Of a DNA stretch of 32,000 nt, positions 21,182 through 31,389 are shown piece by piece. This DNA comes from a cyanobacterium endosymbiont of Braarudosphaera bigelowii (GTDB lineage Bacteria; Cyanobacteriota; Cyanobacteriia; Cyanobacteriales; Microcystaceae), in NCBI RefSeq assembly GCF_020885515.1, contig NZ_AP024987.1:600001-632000 (forward strand). Direction: 5' to 3'. Numbering within the stretch: position 1 is the stretch's first letter; each line of letters begins with the position of its first letter. The translations under genes were made by a program, and so were the position numbers. The notes beneath the pieces were generated by a model. The model did no database searches, was not told the DNA's origin, and saw only the letters and a program-made list of their open reading frames with translations.

Positions 21182-22975
21182 TCACTTCTTCGCTAATTTT
21201 TTTGTTTTGACCTTTCGTAAACGAATAGATTCTGGAGTCACCTCTACAAGTTCGTCAGGGCCAATATACTCTAAAGCCCTTTCCAAGTTCATATCTACTG
21301 GTGTTTGTAACTGGACCAATTCTTCGCCACCCGAGGCACGGTGATTAGTTAACTGTTTAGTTTTACAAACATTTATTTCTATATCTGGTGGACGATTATG
21401 TTCTCCAATAACCATTCCTTTATACACTTTTGTACCAGGTGAAATAAAGAAGACTCCTCTATCTTCTCCATTTTTCATTGCATAAAAAGTTGATACACCT
21501 TCTTCAAAAGAAATCATCACACCGTTATAACGAGTTTCTAAGTTACCAGATATAGGACGATAGTCCAAAAAACTATGATTCATAATTCCATCTCCTCGTG
21601 AAAGACGAATAAAATCTCCACGAAAACCTAGTAATCCTCTAGCAGGTATAATAAATTCGATTTGTGTTCGTCCATTAATACCTGCTTGCATATCTTGCAT
21701 CTCTCCTCTCCTTTGCCCCAAGCGCTCCATACAGGATCCAACAGCCTCTTCAGGAACATCTAGAACTAAGTATTCAAAAGGTTCATGAGATTGCCCATTA
21801 ATCTGTCTATAGATAACCCGGGGTTGAGCAACTTGAAACTCATAACCTTCTCTACGCATAGTTTCGATGAGGATACCTAAATGTAATTCCCCTCTCCCGG
21901 AAACCAAAAACTTATCGGGAGAATCTCCAATATCTACTTTTAAAGCAACGTTAGTTTCTAATTCTCTTATTAGGCGATCACGTAATTGTCGAGAAGTAAC
22001 AAACTTTCCTTCTTGGCCTGCAAAAGGAGAATCGTTAACTGAAAAAGTCATCTGTAAAGTAGGTTCATCAACTTTAATTAAAGGTAATGGTTGAGGGTTT
22101 TCAGGACAAGCTAAAGTCTCTCCAATGTTGGCATCAGCAAAGCCTGCTACAGCTACAATATTACCTGCAGTACTTTCTTTTAGTTCTACTCTTTGTAGTC
22201 CTTCGAATCCTAAAAGTTTACTAATTTTTCCTTTAGCATAACTGCCATCTTCTTTGATTAGTGTCGCTTGTTGTCCAGCAACAATTGTTCCATTATTAAT
22301 ACGACCTATTATGATACGTCCTAAATATTCTGAATAATCTAAAGTAGTAACTTGCAACTGTAAAGGTTTTTCCACATCTCCTGATGGAGGAGGAACACAG
22401 CGTAAAATTGCTTGAAAAAGAGGCTGCATATCTACAGAATCATCTTCTAAATTTACTTTTGCAAATCCCGAAATACCAGAAGCAAACAAAGTTGTAAAAT
22501 CGCATTGATCATCATCACCTCCCAATTCAACGAAAAGATCAAATACTTTATCAACAGCTTGATCTGGTTCAGCCTGAGGACGATCAATTTTATTTACAAC
22601 AACAATAGGACGCAAACCTTTCTCTAGAGCTTTTTTAAGCACAAAACGAGTTTGAGGCATAGGACCTTCATTAGCGTCCACAATTAAAATACAACCATCA
22701 ACCATCCCTAATACTCGTTCAACTTCCCCGCCAAAGTCTGCGTGTCCAGGGGTATCAATAATATTGATCAAAGTATTCTCGTAGCGGACGGCAGTGTTTT
22801 TTGATAGAATAGTAATGCCACGTTCTCTTTCTAAAGTATTAGAATCCATCACACAGTCAGGTATCTCTTCTCCTTCACGGAAAATACCAGACTGTTTAAG
22901 AAGAGCATCAACCAAGGTGGTTTTACCGTGATCGACGTGGGCGATGATAGCAACATTGCGAATGAGGAGAGACAT
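21182..22975 (-). CDS. typA: translational GTPase TypA/BipA
   Basis: [63 protein letters not shown]. The track ORF begins at 23044, but the family-typical start is the internal Met of [13 protein letters not shown] at 22975 (597 aa). Confidence 0.96.
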   Translation of the reverse strand: MSLLIRNVAIIAHVDHGKTTLVDALLKQSGIFREGEEIPDCVMDSNTLERERGITILSKNTAVRYENTLINIIDTPGHADFGGEVERVLGMVDGCILIVDANEGPMPQTRFVLKKALEKGLRPIVVVNKIDRPQAEPDQAVDKVFDLFVELGGDDDQCDFTTLFASGISGFAKVNLEDDSVDMQPLFQAILRCVPPPSGDVEKPLQLQVTTLDYSEYLGRIIIGRINNGTIVAGQQATLIKEDGSYAKGKISKLLGFEGLQRVELKESTAGNIVAVAGFADANIGETLACPENPQPLPLIKVDEPTLQMTFSVNDSPFAGQEGKFVTSRQLRDRLIRELETNVALKVDIGDSPDKFLVSGRGELHLGILIETMRREGYEFQVAQPRVIYRQINGQSHEPFEYLVLDVPEEAVGSCMERLGQRRGEMQDMQAGINGRTQIEFIIPARGLLGFRGDFIRLSRGDGIMNHSFLDYRPISGNLETRYNGVMISFEEGVSTFYAMKNGEDRGVFFISPGTKVYKGMVIGEHNRPPDIEINVCKTKQLTNHRASGGEELVQLQTPVDMNLERALEYIGPDELVEVTPESIRLRKVKTKKLAKK

Positions 22976-23036
22976 AGGATGCAGTAATGAAGGTAGTGTA
23001 GTTATACTACTGTTAGTTTTCTTATAATTGTAACTT

Positions 23037-23105
23037 ATATTCAATTAGAGGTCTAAAGAAAATATCAATTTTTATGATATTTTCTTTAGACCTCTAATTG
23101 AATAT
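23037..23105. repeat. perfect 31-bp inverted repeat (7-nt loop) in the typA upstream/leader region
   Basis: atattcaattagaggtctaaagaaaatatca-atttttA-tgatattttctttagacctctaattgaatat; arms 23037..23067 and 23075..23105 match exactly. Confidence 0.95.
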
Positions 23106-23220
23106 CTAATTTTAGGGAGAAACACCTTAATATCGAATACTAAAAAAACTATAAGAATTAATTTTTTTTGGTGATCCACCTAATTCATACTCTACGTCAC
23201 TATACATATTGATAAAAGTA

Positions 23221-23266
23221 TAAGTAAGGCAATGAATCGCACAATATCTAATCATTGCCTTACTTA
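23221..23266. terminator. inverted repeat downstream of ssrA; candidate tmRNA transcript terminator
   Basis: Perfect 15-bp arms taagtaaggcaatga / tcattgccttactta around a 16-nt spacer, about 200 nt past the mature tmRNA 3' end on the minus strand. Confidence 0.45.
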
Positions 23267-23465
23267 ATTTAAGGATGAAACGATTTTTAATATTATTTCT
23301 TGGGTTCAAAATAAATTAAATATTTTATTTACCAAATTATGAATACATGACTATCGCTTTGATTTTTATATAATGCTATATATATTTTGCAAAGAAAATT
23401 TGTAAAATATAGAACTATTTATTTTAAATATTAATAGTTCTATATAAGCGGTAATGAATTATTTA

Positions 23466-23854
23466 TGGAGCCGAGCAGAGTCGAACTGCTGTCCAAATTA
23501 GTTATTATCCTAAAGTTCATTCACAGGCTTAGCCTTTTTATTCCTCAAGGCAGGACTTACTCTCAATACCCGAGTAAAAAGGTTACTCTGATAAATCTTT
23601 TCTTAATAGTCGATCAGAGACAACTTGTTAAGAGTATCCGTTAAGGGTTGATCTCTTACTTTTAACGGAGTCAAGTATGAGATAAGCGAGTTCTATAAAA
23701 GAATTTTTAGGCAGCTACTGCCACGCGCTTGAAGTTTACGATGTTATTCGCAGTTACTATTTTTTTTGAGCCTTTGATTTACGAGAGGAGACTCACTCTC
23801 GACCTGCATCACAATTCAGAGTTCGCTAACTTGTCGAAACCGTTGCGGCCCCAG
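23466..23854 (-). ncRNA. ssrA: transfer-messenger RNA (tmRNA), one-piece
   Basis: Minus strand: GGGGCCGCAACGGTTTCGACAAGTT...GTAACTGCGAATAACATCGTAAACTTCAAGCGCGTGGCAGTAGCTGCCTAA...GGACAGCAGTTCGACTCTGCTCGGCTCCA. The 5' GGGGCCG pairs with 3' CGGCTCC as the acceptor stem; T-arm GTTCGACTC; tag ORF reads (A)NNIVNFKRVAVAA*. Confidence 0.96.
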
Positions 23855-23988
23855 ATTTCGTTTACATTAAAGATTATAAAGATAATTTTAATTTTTTGCA
23901 ACGTAACAACTTATTAAATATTAAAAAATTTATGACAAATGTCATGTTTTTTAATTTAAACTATCTAGATTAATAATTATTGATATTT

Positions 23989-24975
23989 ATGTTCCCTATT
24001 AATCGCCCTCGTCGTTTACGTCGTAATCAAAAATTACGTAGCATGGTTCGTGAAACACAATTAACATTAGACGACTTAATCTATCCTTTATTCGCAGTTC
24101 CAGGAAATAATGTTGTTAAAGAAGTAAAATCTATGCCTGGTATTTTCCAATTATCAATAGACAAAATTGTAGATGAAGCAAAAATAGTTCGTGATCTAGG
24201 AATTCCATCGATTATTCTTTTTGGTATTCCAGAAAATAAAAATATTGAAGCTACAGGTGCATGGGATGGACGAGGCATAGTACAGCAGGCTGTCGAAGCA
24301 ATTAAGAAGGAAGTCCAGGACTTAATAGTTATTGTTGACACTTGTTTGTGTGAATACACTAATCATGGACATTGTGGATATTTACAAAAAGATAACTTTA
24401 CAGGAGAAGTTTTAAACGATCCAACTTTAGAATTATTAAAAAAAACTGCTGTTTCTCAAGCACTTGCAGGAGCTGATGTGATTGCACCTTCCGGAATGAT
24501 GGATGGTTTTGTAACATCTATCAGAGAAGGATTAGATAAAGAAGGTTTTAGTAATATTCCTATTCTATCTTATGCAGCTAAGTATGCTTCTGGTTATTAT
24601 GGGCCATTTCGAGATGCTGCAGATTCATCTCCACAATTTGGTGATCGTCGGACTTATCAAATGGATCCTGGAAACGCTAGAGAAGCACTAAAAGAAGTTA
24701 TGTTAGATATTGAAGAAGGAGCAGATATGCTAATGGTTAAACCTGCATTATCTTATATGGATATCATTTGGAGGATTAAAGAAATAACAAATCTTCCTGT
24801 TGCTGCATATAATGTCTCTGGTGAATATTCAATGGTTAAAGCTGCAGCAGCTAATAAGTGGATAGACGAAAAGCAAGTAACATTAGAGACCTTAACTAGT
24901 TTCAAAAGAGCTGGCGCAGATCTTATCTTAACTTATCATGCAAAAGATGCTGCTCGTTGGATACAAGGAAAGTAG
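23989..24975 (+). CDS. hemB: porphobilinogen synthase (delta-aminolevulinic acid dehydratase)
   Basis: [77 protein letters not shown] at 23989 preferred; the track start at 23980 is a TTG. Confidence 0.97.
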   Translation: MFPINRPRRLRRNQKLRSMVRETQLTLDDLIYPLFAVPGNNVVKEVKSMPGIFQLSIDKIVDEAKIVRDLGIPSIILFGIPENKNIEATGAWDGRGIVQQAVEAIKKEVQDLIVIVDTCLCEYTNHGHCGYLQKDNFTGEVLNDPTLELLKKTAVSQALAGADVIAPSGMMDGFVTSIREGLDKEGFSNIPILSYAAKYASGYYGPFRDAADSSPQFGDRRTYQMDPGNAREALKEVMLDIEEGADMLMVKPALSYMDIIWRIKEITNLPVAAYNVSGEYSMVKAAAANKWIDEKQVTLETLTSFKRAGADLILTYHAKDAARWIQGK

Positions 24976-25121
24976 TTTTTAACAATAAAAATTTAATTTT
25001 CATATTCCTGGTCTACTTATACATTGGTAGGCCAAAAGCTTAGCTCATTTTGTAAATATATTAAGATTGTAAAAATAAATCCTTATTTTTTCTAAAAAAT
25101 GCTAAAAATTAATGTATTTAG

Positions 25122-25158
25122 TAATACTTAGAGCTATCAGTTAAAGCTCTAAGTATTA
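25122..25158 (+). terminator. hairpin downstream of hemB; candidate terminator
   Basis: Perfect 14-bp arms taatacttagagct / agctctaagtatta, 9-nt loop. Confidence 0.6.
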
Positions 25159-25263
25159 GTCGACGTGTATTTTATAGAATAAAAGCATCTCTGATGTAAT
25201 CTATTTTGCCAATAAATATATATTGTGTTATTATATATAAGGTTTAAAGAAATGATATCTTTG

Positions 25264-25334
25264 CGGGTGTAGTTTAGTGGTAAAACCTTAGCCTTCCAAG
25301 CTAATGATGGGGGTTCGATTCCCCCCACCCGCTT
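25264..25334 (+). tRNA. tRNA-Gly(UCC)
   Basis: gcgggtg-ta-gttt-agtggta-aaac-c-ttagc-cttccaa-gctaa-tgat-ggggg-ttcgatt-ccccc-cacccgc-t folds as a 71-nt cloverleaf with anticodon TCC; CCA is not encoded. Confidence 0.96.
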
Positions 25335-25395
25335 TATTAAAATTAAATGATATAGTAATTATGTTTTAAAGTCATGAGGTAAATGACAGTTATTT

Positions 25396-26226
25396 ATGTT
25401 ACTAGGACTTCAATTTCAATCTCCTGGTCCTATAATATTCGAGCTAGGACCTTTCATTTTAAGATGGTACGGTTTTTTAATTGCCTCTGCAGTTTTGATT
25501 GGAATTACGTTATCGAAATGGTTAGCAAAATTTCGTCGAGTTGAATCAGAAATTATAAGTGACTTAGCAATTTGGATAGTAATAGCTGCTATTCCTTGTG
25601 CAAGAATTTATTATGTTATATTTCAATGGCAGGTTTATAGTCAATACCCAGAAGATATCATTGCTGTTTGGAAAGGGGGTATTGCTATTCATGGGGCTAT
25701 TATCGGAGGAATTTTATCTACCTTGATATTTGCACGTTTGAATAAAACTTCTTTTTGGCAATTAACTGATTTAGTAGTTCCATCTGCAGTATTGGGGCAG
25801 TCTATTGGTAGATGGGGAAATTTTTTCAATTCTGAAGCTTTTGGAACACCAACTAATCTACCATGGAAACTATATATTCCCTTAATAAACCGTCCTACAG
25901 AATATATTTCTTTTGAATATTTTCATCCCACTTTTTTGTATGAATCTATCTGGGATTTTTTAGTTTTTATAATTTTATTAACTTTATTCTTTTTTGGATT
26001 AAAGTATCCAAACTATTTTTATACTGGGACTTTATCGTTAGTATATTTAATAGCATATAGTTTTGGCAGAATTCTCATAGAAACACTTAGAATAGATAGT
26101 TTAATTTTAGGACCATTTAGAGCAGCACAGGTTATTAGCTTAATTATGATTATTTCAGGAATATTTGGACTAGTGTGGTTATATCTTTTAAATAAATCTT
26201 TGCCAGATGTAATCTCTCATAAATAA
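25396..26226 (+). CDS. lgt: prolipoprotein diacylglyceryl transferase
   Basis: 276 aa; GGIAIHGAIIGG, GQSIGRWGNFFNSEAFG, HPTFLYESIWDF. Confidence 0.96.
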   Translation: MLLGLQFQSPGPIIFELGPFILRWYGFLIASAVLIGITLSKWLAKFRRVESEIISDLAIWIVIAAIPCARIYYVIFQWQVYSQYPEDIIAVWKGGIAIHGAIIGGILSTLIFARLNKTSFWQLTDLVVPSAVLGQSIGRWGNFFNSEAFGTPTNLPWKLYIPLINRPTEYISFEYFHPTFLYESIWDFLVFIILLTLFFFGLKYPNYFYTGTLSLVYLIAYSFGRILIETLRIDSLILGPFRAAQVISLIMIISGIFGLVWLYLLNKSLPDVISHK

Positions 26227-26293
26227 AGCCAGAATATCAATCTTCTTAGCTTCATTATTGTAATGAAATTTAGATTGAATGATGTATCTGGCT
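26227..26293 (+). terminator. multi-tier hairpin immediately after the lgt stop; intrinsic terminator
   Basis: Three nested pairs: agccaga/tctggct, tcaatct/agattga, ttcatta/taatgaa, followed by ttttaaaatttttt. Confidence 0.7.
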
Positions 26294-26336
26294 TTTAAAA
26301 TTTTTTATTAAACGCTTTACATTCATCTCTTACAAT

Positions 26337-28775
26337 ATGAAAACGCTACAATCACTAAAAAAGAACTTAATAAAACTTATACAAGAAAATTATTTCAAAC
26401 ATTTTGGACTAAAGAAAAAACACAATTTTGAATCAGAAATTATTTACGAATCAAATTGGTTAACTAAGCTACATAAATCAGAATCAATAAAAAAAATTTA
26501 CCCGCCATTAATGTGGGGGGTAACGGTTATATCACTTTCTAGTGTTATTGGATATCGCTTCTATAATCAGCCTCAATTGTCTGTAGGGACTATTTCGCCA
26601 GTAAAAGTCATTGCTCCTAAAGACGGTACTTTTGAAGATAGAAAAACTACTGAAGATAAACGTAAGGAAGTTCGTACAGGTGTTATTCCTGTTTTAAAGA
26701 GAGATCCAAAGCTTACGAAAGAACTTAAAGGAGAACTTAAAAGAACTATTTCTGAGATCGAACAGTTGCGTAAAAAAATAAATCTCTTTTCTTCTATCGA
26801 AGTTGTAATTATTCCTCCTGCTACTCAGAAATACTTAAGAAAAGTAAATGAACGAGATTGGCAAATAATTCAATTAGTAATTATTAGTCGTAATTTTCAA
26901 AATATCCCAAAGTCGAAACCTAAAATTAGACAAGTAATATCTCAGTTAATTGCTTATAGCAATGCAACTTCCTCAACATCTCTCAAAAATCTTTTAGAAA
27001 AAATTGAGCAATCTCGACAACTTTATAGTCAAACTAAAGCTGAAGTTTCAAATAATCAAACATCTTATTTAACATCAGAACTGTTTACAACTTTTCTAAA
27101 TCTTGATGATTACACTTGGCAAACTACAGAAAAAATATTACAAACAACCTTAAATAGAATTCTTCTCCAAGGACTTCATCCTGGAATTCCTGATTATTTA
27201 TTGAAAGAAATAATTAATATTCAACTGGAATCCACTACTTCAGCTGTTCCTAAACCAGCCATAACTCAGCTTCTAATGAGAATTCTTAAAAGTCAACATA
27301 ATTTAACAGTAGACAAAGACGCAACAAAACAAAGAGCAGAACAAGCTGCGCAAGCAGTTGAAGCAGTTATAGTAAAAGTTAAAGCAGGAGATATAATCGT
27401 AGAACTAGGAGAATACATCACTCAAGAGAAATTTGTTCTTCTTGATAGTTTTCGACTAAGTCGTCGAGGAATAAATTGGATTGGACTATTCATTTCTGTA
27501 CTAATAGTTATAGGTACAGTTATTATATTTTGTTTAATTAGTCAAAGGATCAATCATTCTATACGTCGAAGAGATCATATTTTGATTTGTTTATTAAGTT
27601 TAAGTACTCCACTTCTAGGAATTTTTAATTTAGGCTACACAAATCTTCCAGCTATAGGATTATTATCTAGTAGCTTTTACGGTCCTACTTTAGCAATAAC
27701 TCAGGTAGTTTTATTAAGTGGTTTATCAGCATTTGCAGCAACTAACATCAATTGGAGCTATATCCTGGCAGGTACTGCAGGAGGACTATTAGCTGCTTCT
27801 GTAGCTTGGAAGCTTAGATCCCGCGACGAGTTAGCTTGTTTAGGTGGAGTAGTTGGTATAGTACAAGGAAGTCTCTATTTTGTTTGTTATTTAATTATAG
27901 CTCCGGCAGTAGGAACAATTTGGTCAGTAATTTTGCCTGAATCAATGATTTATGGTCTATCTGGGATTGCTTGGAGTGTAATGGGGTTAGGAATTTCTCC
28001 GTATTTGGAACGTTTATTTGATTTAGTAACACCAATTAGATTAGTAGAATTAGCTAATCCCAATTGTGGATTATTAAAAAGATTAGCAACAGAAACACCA
28101 GGAACATTTCAACATACTCTTTTTGTCGCATGTTTGGCAGAAGCAGCGGCAAGAGAATTAGACTGTAATGTTGAACTAGTTAGAACTGGAACTTTATATC
28201 ATGATATTGGCAAATTACATGATCCTATGGGTTTTATCGAAAATCAAATGGGAGCTCCTAATAAACATGACTTGATAAATGATCCATGGCAAAGTGTAAG
28301 AATTATTAAGAAACATGTTAGTGAAGGTTTAGCTATGGCAAATAAATATGGTTTACCAAAAGTAATTTGTGATTTTATACCTGAACATCAAGGTACATTA
28401 CTAATCTCTTATTTTTATCATCAAGCAGCACAGGAGGCACAAAATAGTGGACAAGACCAAATTTCTGAAGAAGGGTTTAGATATGCTGGACCTATTCCTC
28501 AATTACGTGAAACAGGAATTGTCATGCTAGCAGATGGATGCGAAGCTGCATTAAGATCTTTGAAAGAAGCAACTCCAGAAATGGCTTTAGTAATGGTTCA
28601 AAAAATTTTTAAAGCTCGTTGGCGTGATAATCAACTAAAAGATAGCGGCATTAGATATGAAGAATTATCTATAATTGCTGAAGTTTTTGTTAAAGTTTGG
28701 CAACAGTTTCATCATCAGAGAATTGTTTATCCAAAATCTGCTCTTGAGCCTACAAACAATGGCAAAGTAAGTTAA
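26337..28775 (+). CDS. 7TM-HD family phosphohydrolase (PgpH-like; putative c-di-AMP phosphodiesterase)
   Basis: 812 aa; N-terminal extracytoplasmic 7TMR-HDED-like region, 7 TM core, C-terminal HD domain ETPGTFQHTLFVACLAEAAARELDCN...GTLYHDIGKL. Confidence 0.9.
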   Translation: MKTLQSLKKNLIKLIQENYFKHFGLKKKHNFESEIIYESNWLTKLHKSESIKKIYPPLMWGVTVISLSSVIGYRFYNQPQLSVGTISPVKVIAPKDGTFEDRKTTEDKRKEVRTGVIPVLKRDPKLTKELKGELKRTISEIEQLRKKINLFSSIEVVIIPPATQKYLRKVNERDWQIIQLVIISRNFQNIPKSKPKIRQVISQLIAYSNATSSTSLKNLLEKIEQSRQLYSQTKAEVSNNQTSYLTSELFTTFLNLDDYTWQTTEKILQTTLNRILLQGLHPGIPDYLLKEIINIQLESTTSAVPKPAITQLLMRILKSQHNLTVDKDATKQRAEQAAQAVEAVIVKVKAGDIIVELGEYITQEKFVLLDSFRLSRRGINWIGLFISVLIVIGTVIIFCLISQRINHSIRRRDHILICLLSLSTPLLGIFNLGYTNLPAIGLLSSSFYGPTLAITQVVLLSGLSAFAATNINWSYILAGTAGGLLAASVAWKLRSRDELACLGGVVGIVQGSLYFVCYLIIAPAVGTIWSVILPESMIYGLSGIAWSVMGLGISPYLERLFDLVTPIRLVELANPNCGLLKRLATETPGTFQHTLFVACLAEAAARELDCNVELVRTGTLYHDIGKLHDPMGFIENQMGAPNKHDLINDPWQSVRIIKKHVSEGLAMANKYGLPKVICDFIPEHQGTLLISYFYHQAAQEAQNSGQDQISEEGFRYAGPIPQLRETGIVMLADGCEAALRSLKEATPEMALVMVQKIFKARWRDNQLKDSGIRYEELSIIAEVFVKVWQQFHHQRIVYPKSALEPTNNGKVS

Positions 28776-28796
28776 TTGTTAAAAGGAATATCTTAA

Positions 28797-29963
28797 ATGA
28801 ATTTTGAAAAGTATATTTTTTCAAGAAAATTATTAATTAGTGTCTTATTTTTTACTTTAAATGCTTGTAATAGCAATAGCTTTTTAGAAACAAGATTTTT
28901 TCCTAGTACTAAATTAGGCGAAAAGATAGAGTCCCAGTTACTATCTAAATACAAATTTTTTACTTATTATCCATCAATTATACCTCAGTATCCTAACTCA
29001 TATATAGAAAAAATACCTGAAGCTTTAACAGACGATAAAGGTATCATTTTTTTTCTATCTGATGATTCTATAGAGACAATAAGTGATTTTTATAATCAAC
29101 AATTTAAATCAGATTCTTGGGAGATTGTTAAATTTTTTAGTAAAGAAGATAAAAGTTTTATAGCAAGAAAAAAGGGTTTAGAAGTGGAATTAATATTTTT
29201 ATCTCACGACACAACAACTAATTATTTTATAACTTATAAAAGTACAAGAATTTCTGTTACAGAAGAAGTAAAAAAGAATTACGATAATGAAGTTGGAAAA
29301 TTTAAGAATATTCCAGAAGTGTTATATTCATACGTTAATGACTTAGTAGCTTTGGGAACACTAGATTTAGAAAATATTAATAAAAATAGTCAATCACTTG
29401 ATATAAACACTGAAATAAATCGTAGAACTTATGCAAAATGGATTTTCAAAACGTACAATAAATTTTATCAGGATATTCCAGAAAAACAAATTAGACCAGT
29501 AACATTTAATTCAAAACCTGTTTTTTCTGATGTTCCTATGAACGATCCAGACTATTTCTTTATACAGGGATTAGCAGAAGCAGGAATTATTTCATCCTCT
29601 TTAAGTGGAGATAATAATTCATTATTATTTTATCCTAATGCTTATCTGACGAGAGAGGATTTGATAGTGTGGAAAACTCCCCTAGATCTAGGTAGAGGGT
29701 TACCAATAATTTCTAGTATACATACCGAAAAAACTTGGGGTTTTGAAGACATAGTCACTATTAAAACGAAAGCTCGACAAGCCCTATATGTGGATTTCCA
29801 TAATAAAGATAAATCTAATGTACGTCGTATTTTTGGTTATATCACATTATTTCAACCAAAAAAGCCAGTTACATTAGCTGAAGCAATTACTAGTCTATGG
29901 TACTTTGGATATCAGGAAAAAGGATTTTCAGCGTATGATATCTTGCAGAAACAAAAAATTTAG
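28797..29963 (+). CDS. putative lipoprotein with S-layer-homology-like repeats
   Basis: 388 aa; lipobox-like VLFFTLNACNSNS; SLH-like segments FSDVPMNDPDYFFIQGLAEAGIIS...FYPNAYLTREDLIVW and VNDLVALGTL...INRRTYAKWIF. Confidence 0.7.
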   Translation: MNFEKYIFSRKLLISVLFFTLNACNSNSFLETRFFPSTKLGEKIESQLLSKYKFFTYYPSIIPQYPNSYIEKIPEALTDDKGIIFFLSDDSIETISDFYNQQFKSDSWEIVKFFSKEDKSFIARKKGLEVELIFLSHDTTTNYFITYKSTRISVTEEVKKNYDNEVGKFKNIPEVLYSYVNDLVALGTLDLENINKNSQSLDINTEINRRTYAKWIFKTYNKFYQDIPEKQIRPVTFNSKPVFSDVPMNDPDYFFIQGLAEAGIISSSLSGDNNSLLFYPNAYLTREDLIVWKTPLDLGRGLPIISSIHTEKTWGFEDIVTIKTKARQALYVDFHNKDKSNVRRIFGYITLFQPKKPVTLAEAITSLWYFGYQEKGFSAYDILQKQKI

Positions 29964-30146
29964 ATTAGTCCCAAAGATTACCACAATAATTACTTGCGAC
30001 TTATAGATATGATAAAAAATACTTTTAAACTTTATTTTGTAATAATTAAAGTTTAATTGTTATTATTTGTATAAAATAGCAATTTTTTAACTTTTCATTA
30101 GATTAGTTTTTTAAAAGTATAAATTAACATAAATTTTATAAAATAT

Positions 30147-31286
30147 ATGATTAACAAACCAATTAAGCCTTTTTATTTTGACTTAACAGAAGAAGAAATT
30201 GATTTATTTAAGAATGAATGTGGAAGAATTCTTAGTTCAGGTAAGCTAATTCTCGGAGAAAATACTCTAGCATTCGAAAAAGCCTTCGCTGAGTATGTAG
30301 GAGTAAAACATGCAATTGCTGTTAATACTGGATCTTCTGGTTTAGAAATCATTTTAAGACTTAAAAATATAAAAAATACAACTGTATTAGTACCAACAAA
30401 TACAAATTTTGCTACTGTAGCCGCCGTATTAAGAGCTGGAGGAATAGTAAAATATCTAGATATGGATGAAAATACATTTTCACCCTCTTTACAGATGGTA
30501 ATAGATGCAGTGAGAGAAGGTACAATTCCTTCTATTTCCGGAGTATTATGGGTTCATATTGGAGGAGTAATTTCACCTGAATTTCCTGCAATAGTAGATT
30601 ACTGCCATGATAATGATCTGTTTGTTTTGGAAGATACTGCTCATGCTCATGGAAGTCAAATTAATGGAGTTCAAGCTGGTAATTTAGCGGATGGTGCCTC
30701 TTTTTCTTTCTTTCCTACTAAAATTATGACAACCTTTGAAGGAGGAATGATTACTCTTAATGATCAAGAAGAAGATTATATCGCTCGCTCACTAAGAAAT
30801 CAGGGAAAAAGAGGAATGGATTTTGGTGGATTACATACGGATTTTGGAAATAGTAGTCGTATGACAGAAGTTCATGCAGTTTTAGGACTCATTCAACTAG
30901 CTAAATTATCGAAAATGATTGCTAAAAGACAAAAATGTTATGACATAATTACGAAACACTTACAAACAGCTAATATTAAATTCATTTCTACAGAACATAT
31001 GGATAGTGCTAGCCAATATAAGTTGATAGTCCTATTACCTAAGGATAAAAGTGTGGAAAAAGTAAAAAAATCTTTATCCAATGAAAAGATACTTTTGGGA
31101 GGAGAAGTTTATCAAATTCCTTGCCACTTACAACCTGTTTTTAAAGATATCAATATAAAGCAAAATCTCCCTATCTCAGAGTATTGGTGTCCTCGTCATA
31201 TTTGTCCCCCACTTACATCTGGGATGACAGAAGAAGAAGCAGATATTACAGGAAGTATGTTAGTAAAATATTTAACAGCTAATTAG
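30147..31286 (+). CDS. DegT/DnrJ/EryC1/StrS family PLP-dependent aminotransferase
   Basis: 379 aa; HAIAVNTGSSGLEIILR, VLEDTAHAHGSQINGVQAGNLADGASFSFFPTKIMTTFEGGMI (PLP-Lys region), RNQGKRG, NSSRMTEVHAVLG. Confidence 0.9.
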   Translation: MINKPIKPFYFDLTEEEIDLFKNECGRILSSGKLILGENTLAFEKAFAEYVGVKHAIAVNTGSSGLEIILRLKNIKNTTVLVPTNTNFATVAAVLRAGGIVKYLDMDENTFSPSLQMVIDAVREGTIPSISGVLWVHIGGVISPEFPAIVDYCHDNDLFVLEDTAHAHGSQINGVQAGNLADGASFSFFPTKIMTTFEGGMITLNDQEEDYIARSLRNQGKRGMDFGGLHTDFGNSSRMTEVHAVLGLIQLAKLSKMIAKRQKCYDIITKHLQTANIKFISTEHMDSASQYKLIVLLPKDKSVEKVKKSLSNEKILLGGEVYQIPCHLQPVFKDINIKQNLPISEYWCPRHICPPLTSGMTEEEADITGSMLVKYLTAN

Positions 31287-31389
31287 TTATTAATTGTATT
31301 CAGCTCTCATCTCTAGATAAAATTAGAAGTGATTTTTCTGAAAAATTATAGATTTATTAGTTGATATTAGTAGAAACCTTATCAATTAG

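Noticed and set aside
21867-22094. Plus-strand 75-aa ORF
   Set aside because: Antisense inside typA.
23127-23309. Minus-strand 60-aa ORF in the ssrA-typA spacer
   Set aside because: It spans the 15-bp inverted repeat and has biased, low-information composition (NNRIKN-type); no recognisable family. A small peptide is not excluded but is unsupported.
23729-23917. Plus-strand 62-aa ORF
   Set aside because: Covers the 5' part of the tmRNA gene on the opposite strand; the RNA gene explains the sequence.
24081-24359. Minus-strand 92-aa ORF
   Set aside because: Antisense inside hemB.
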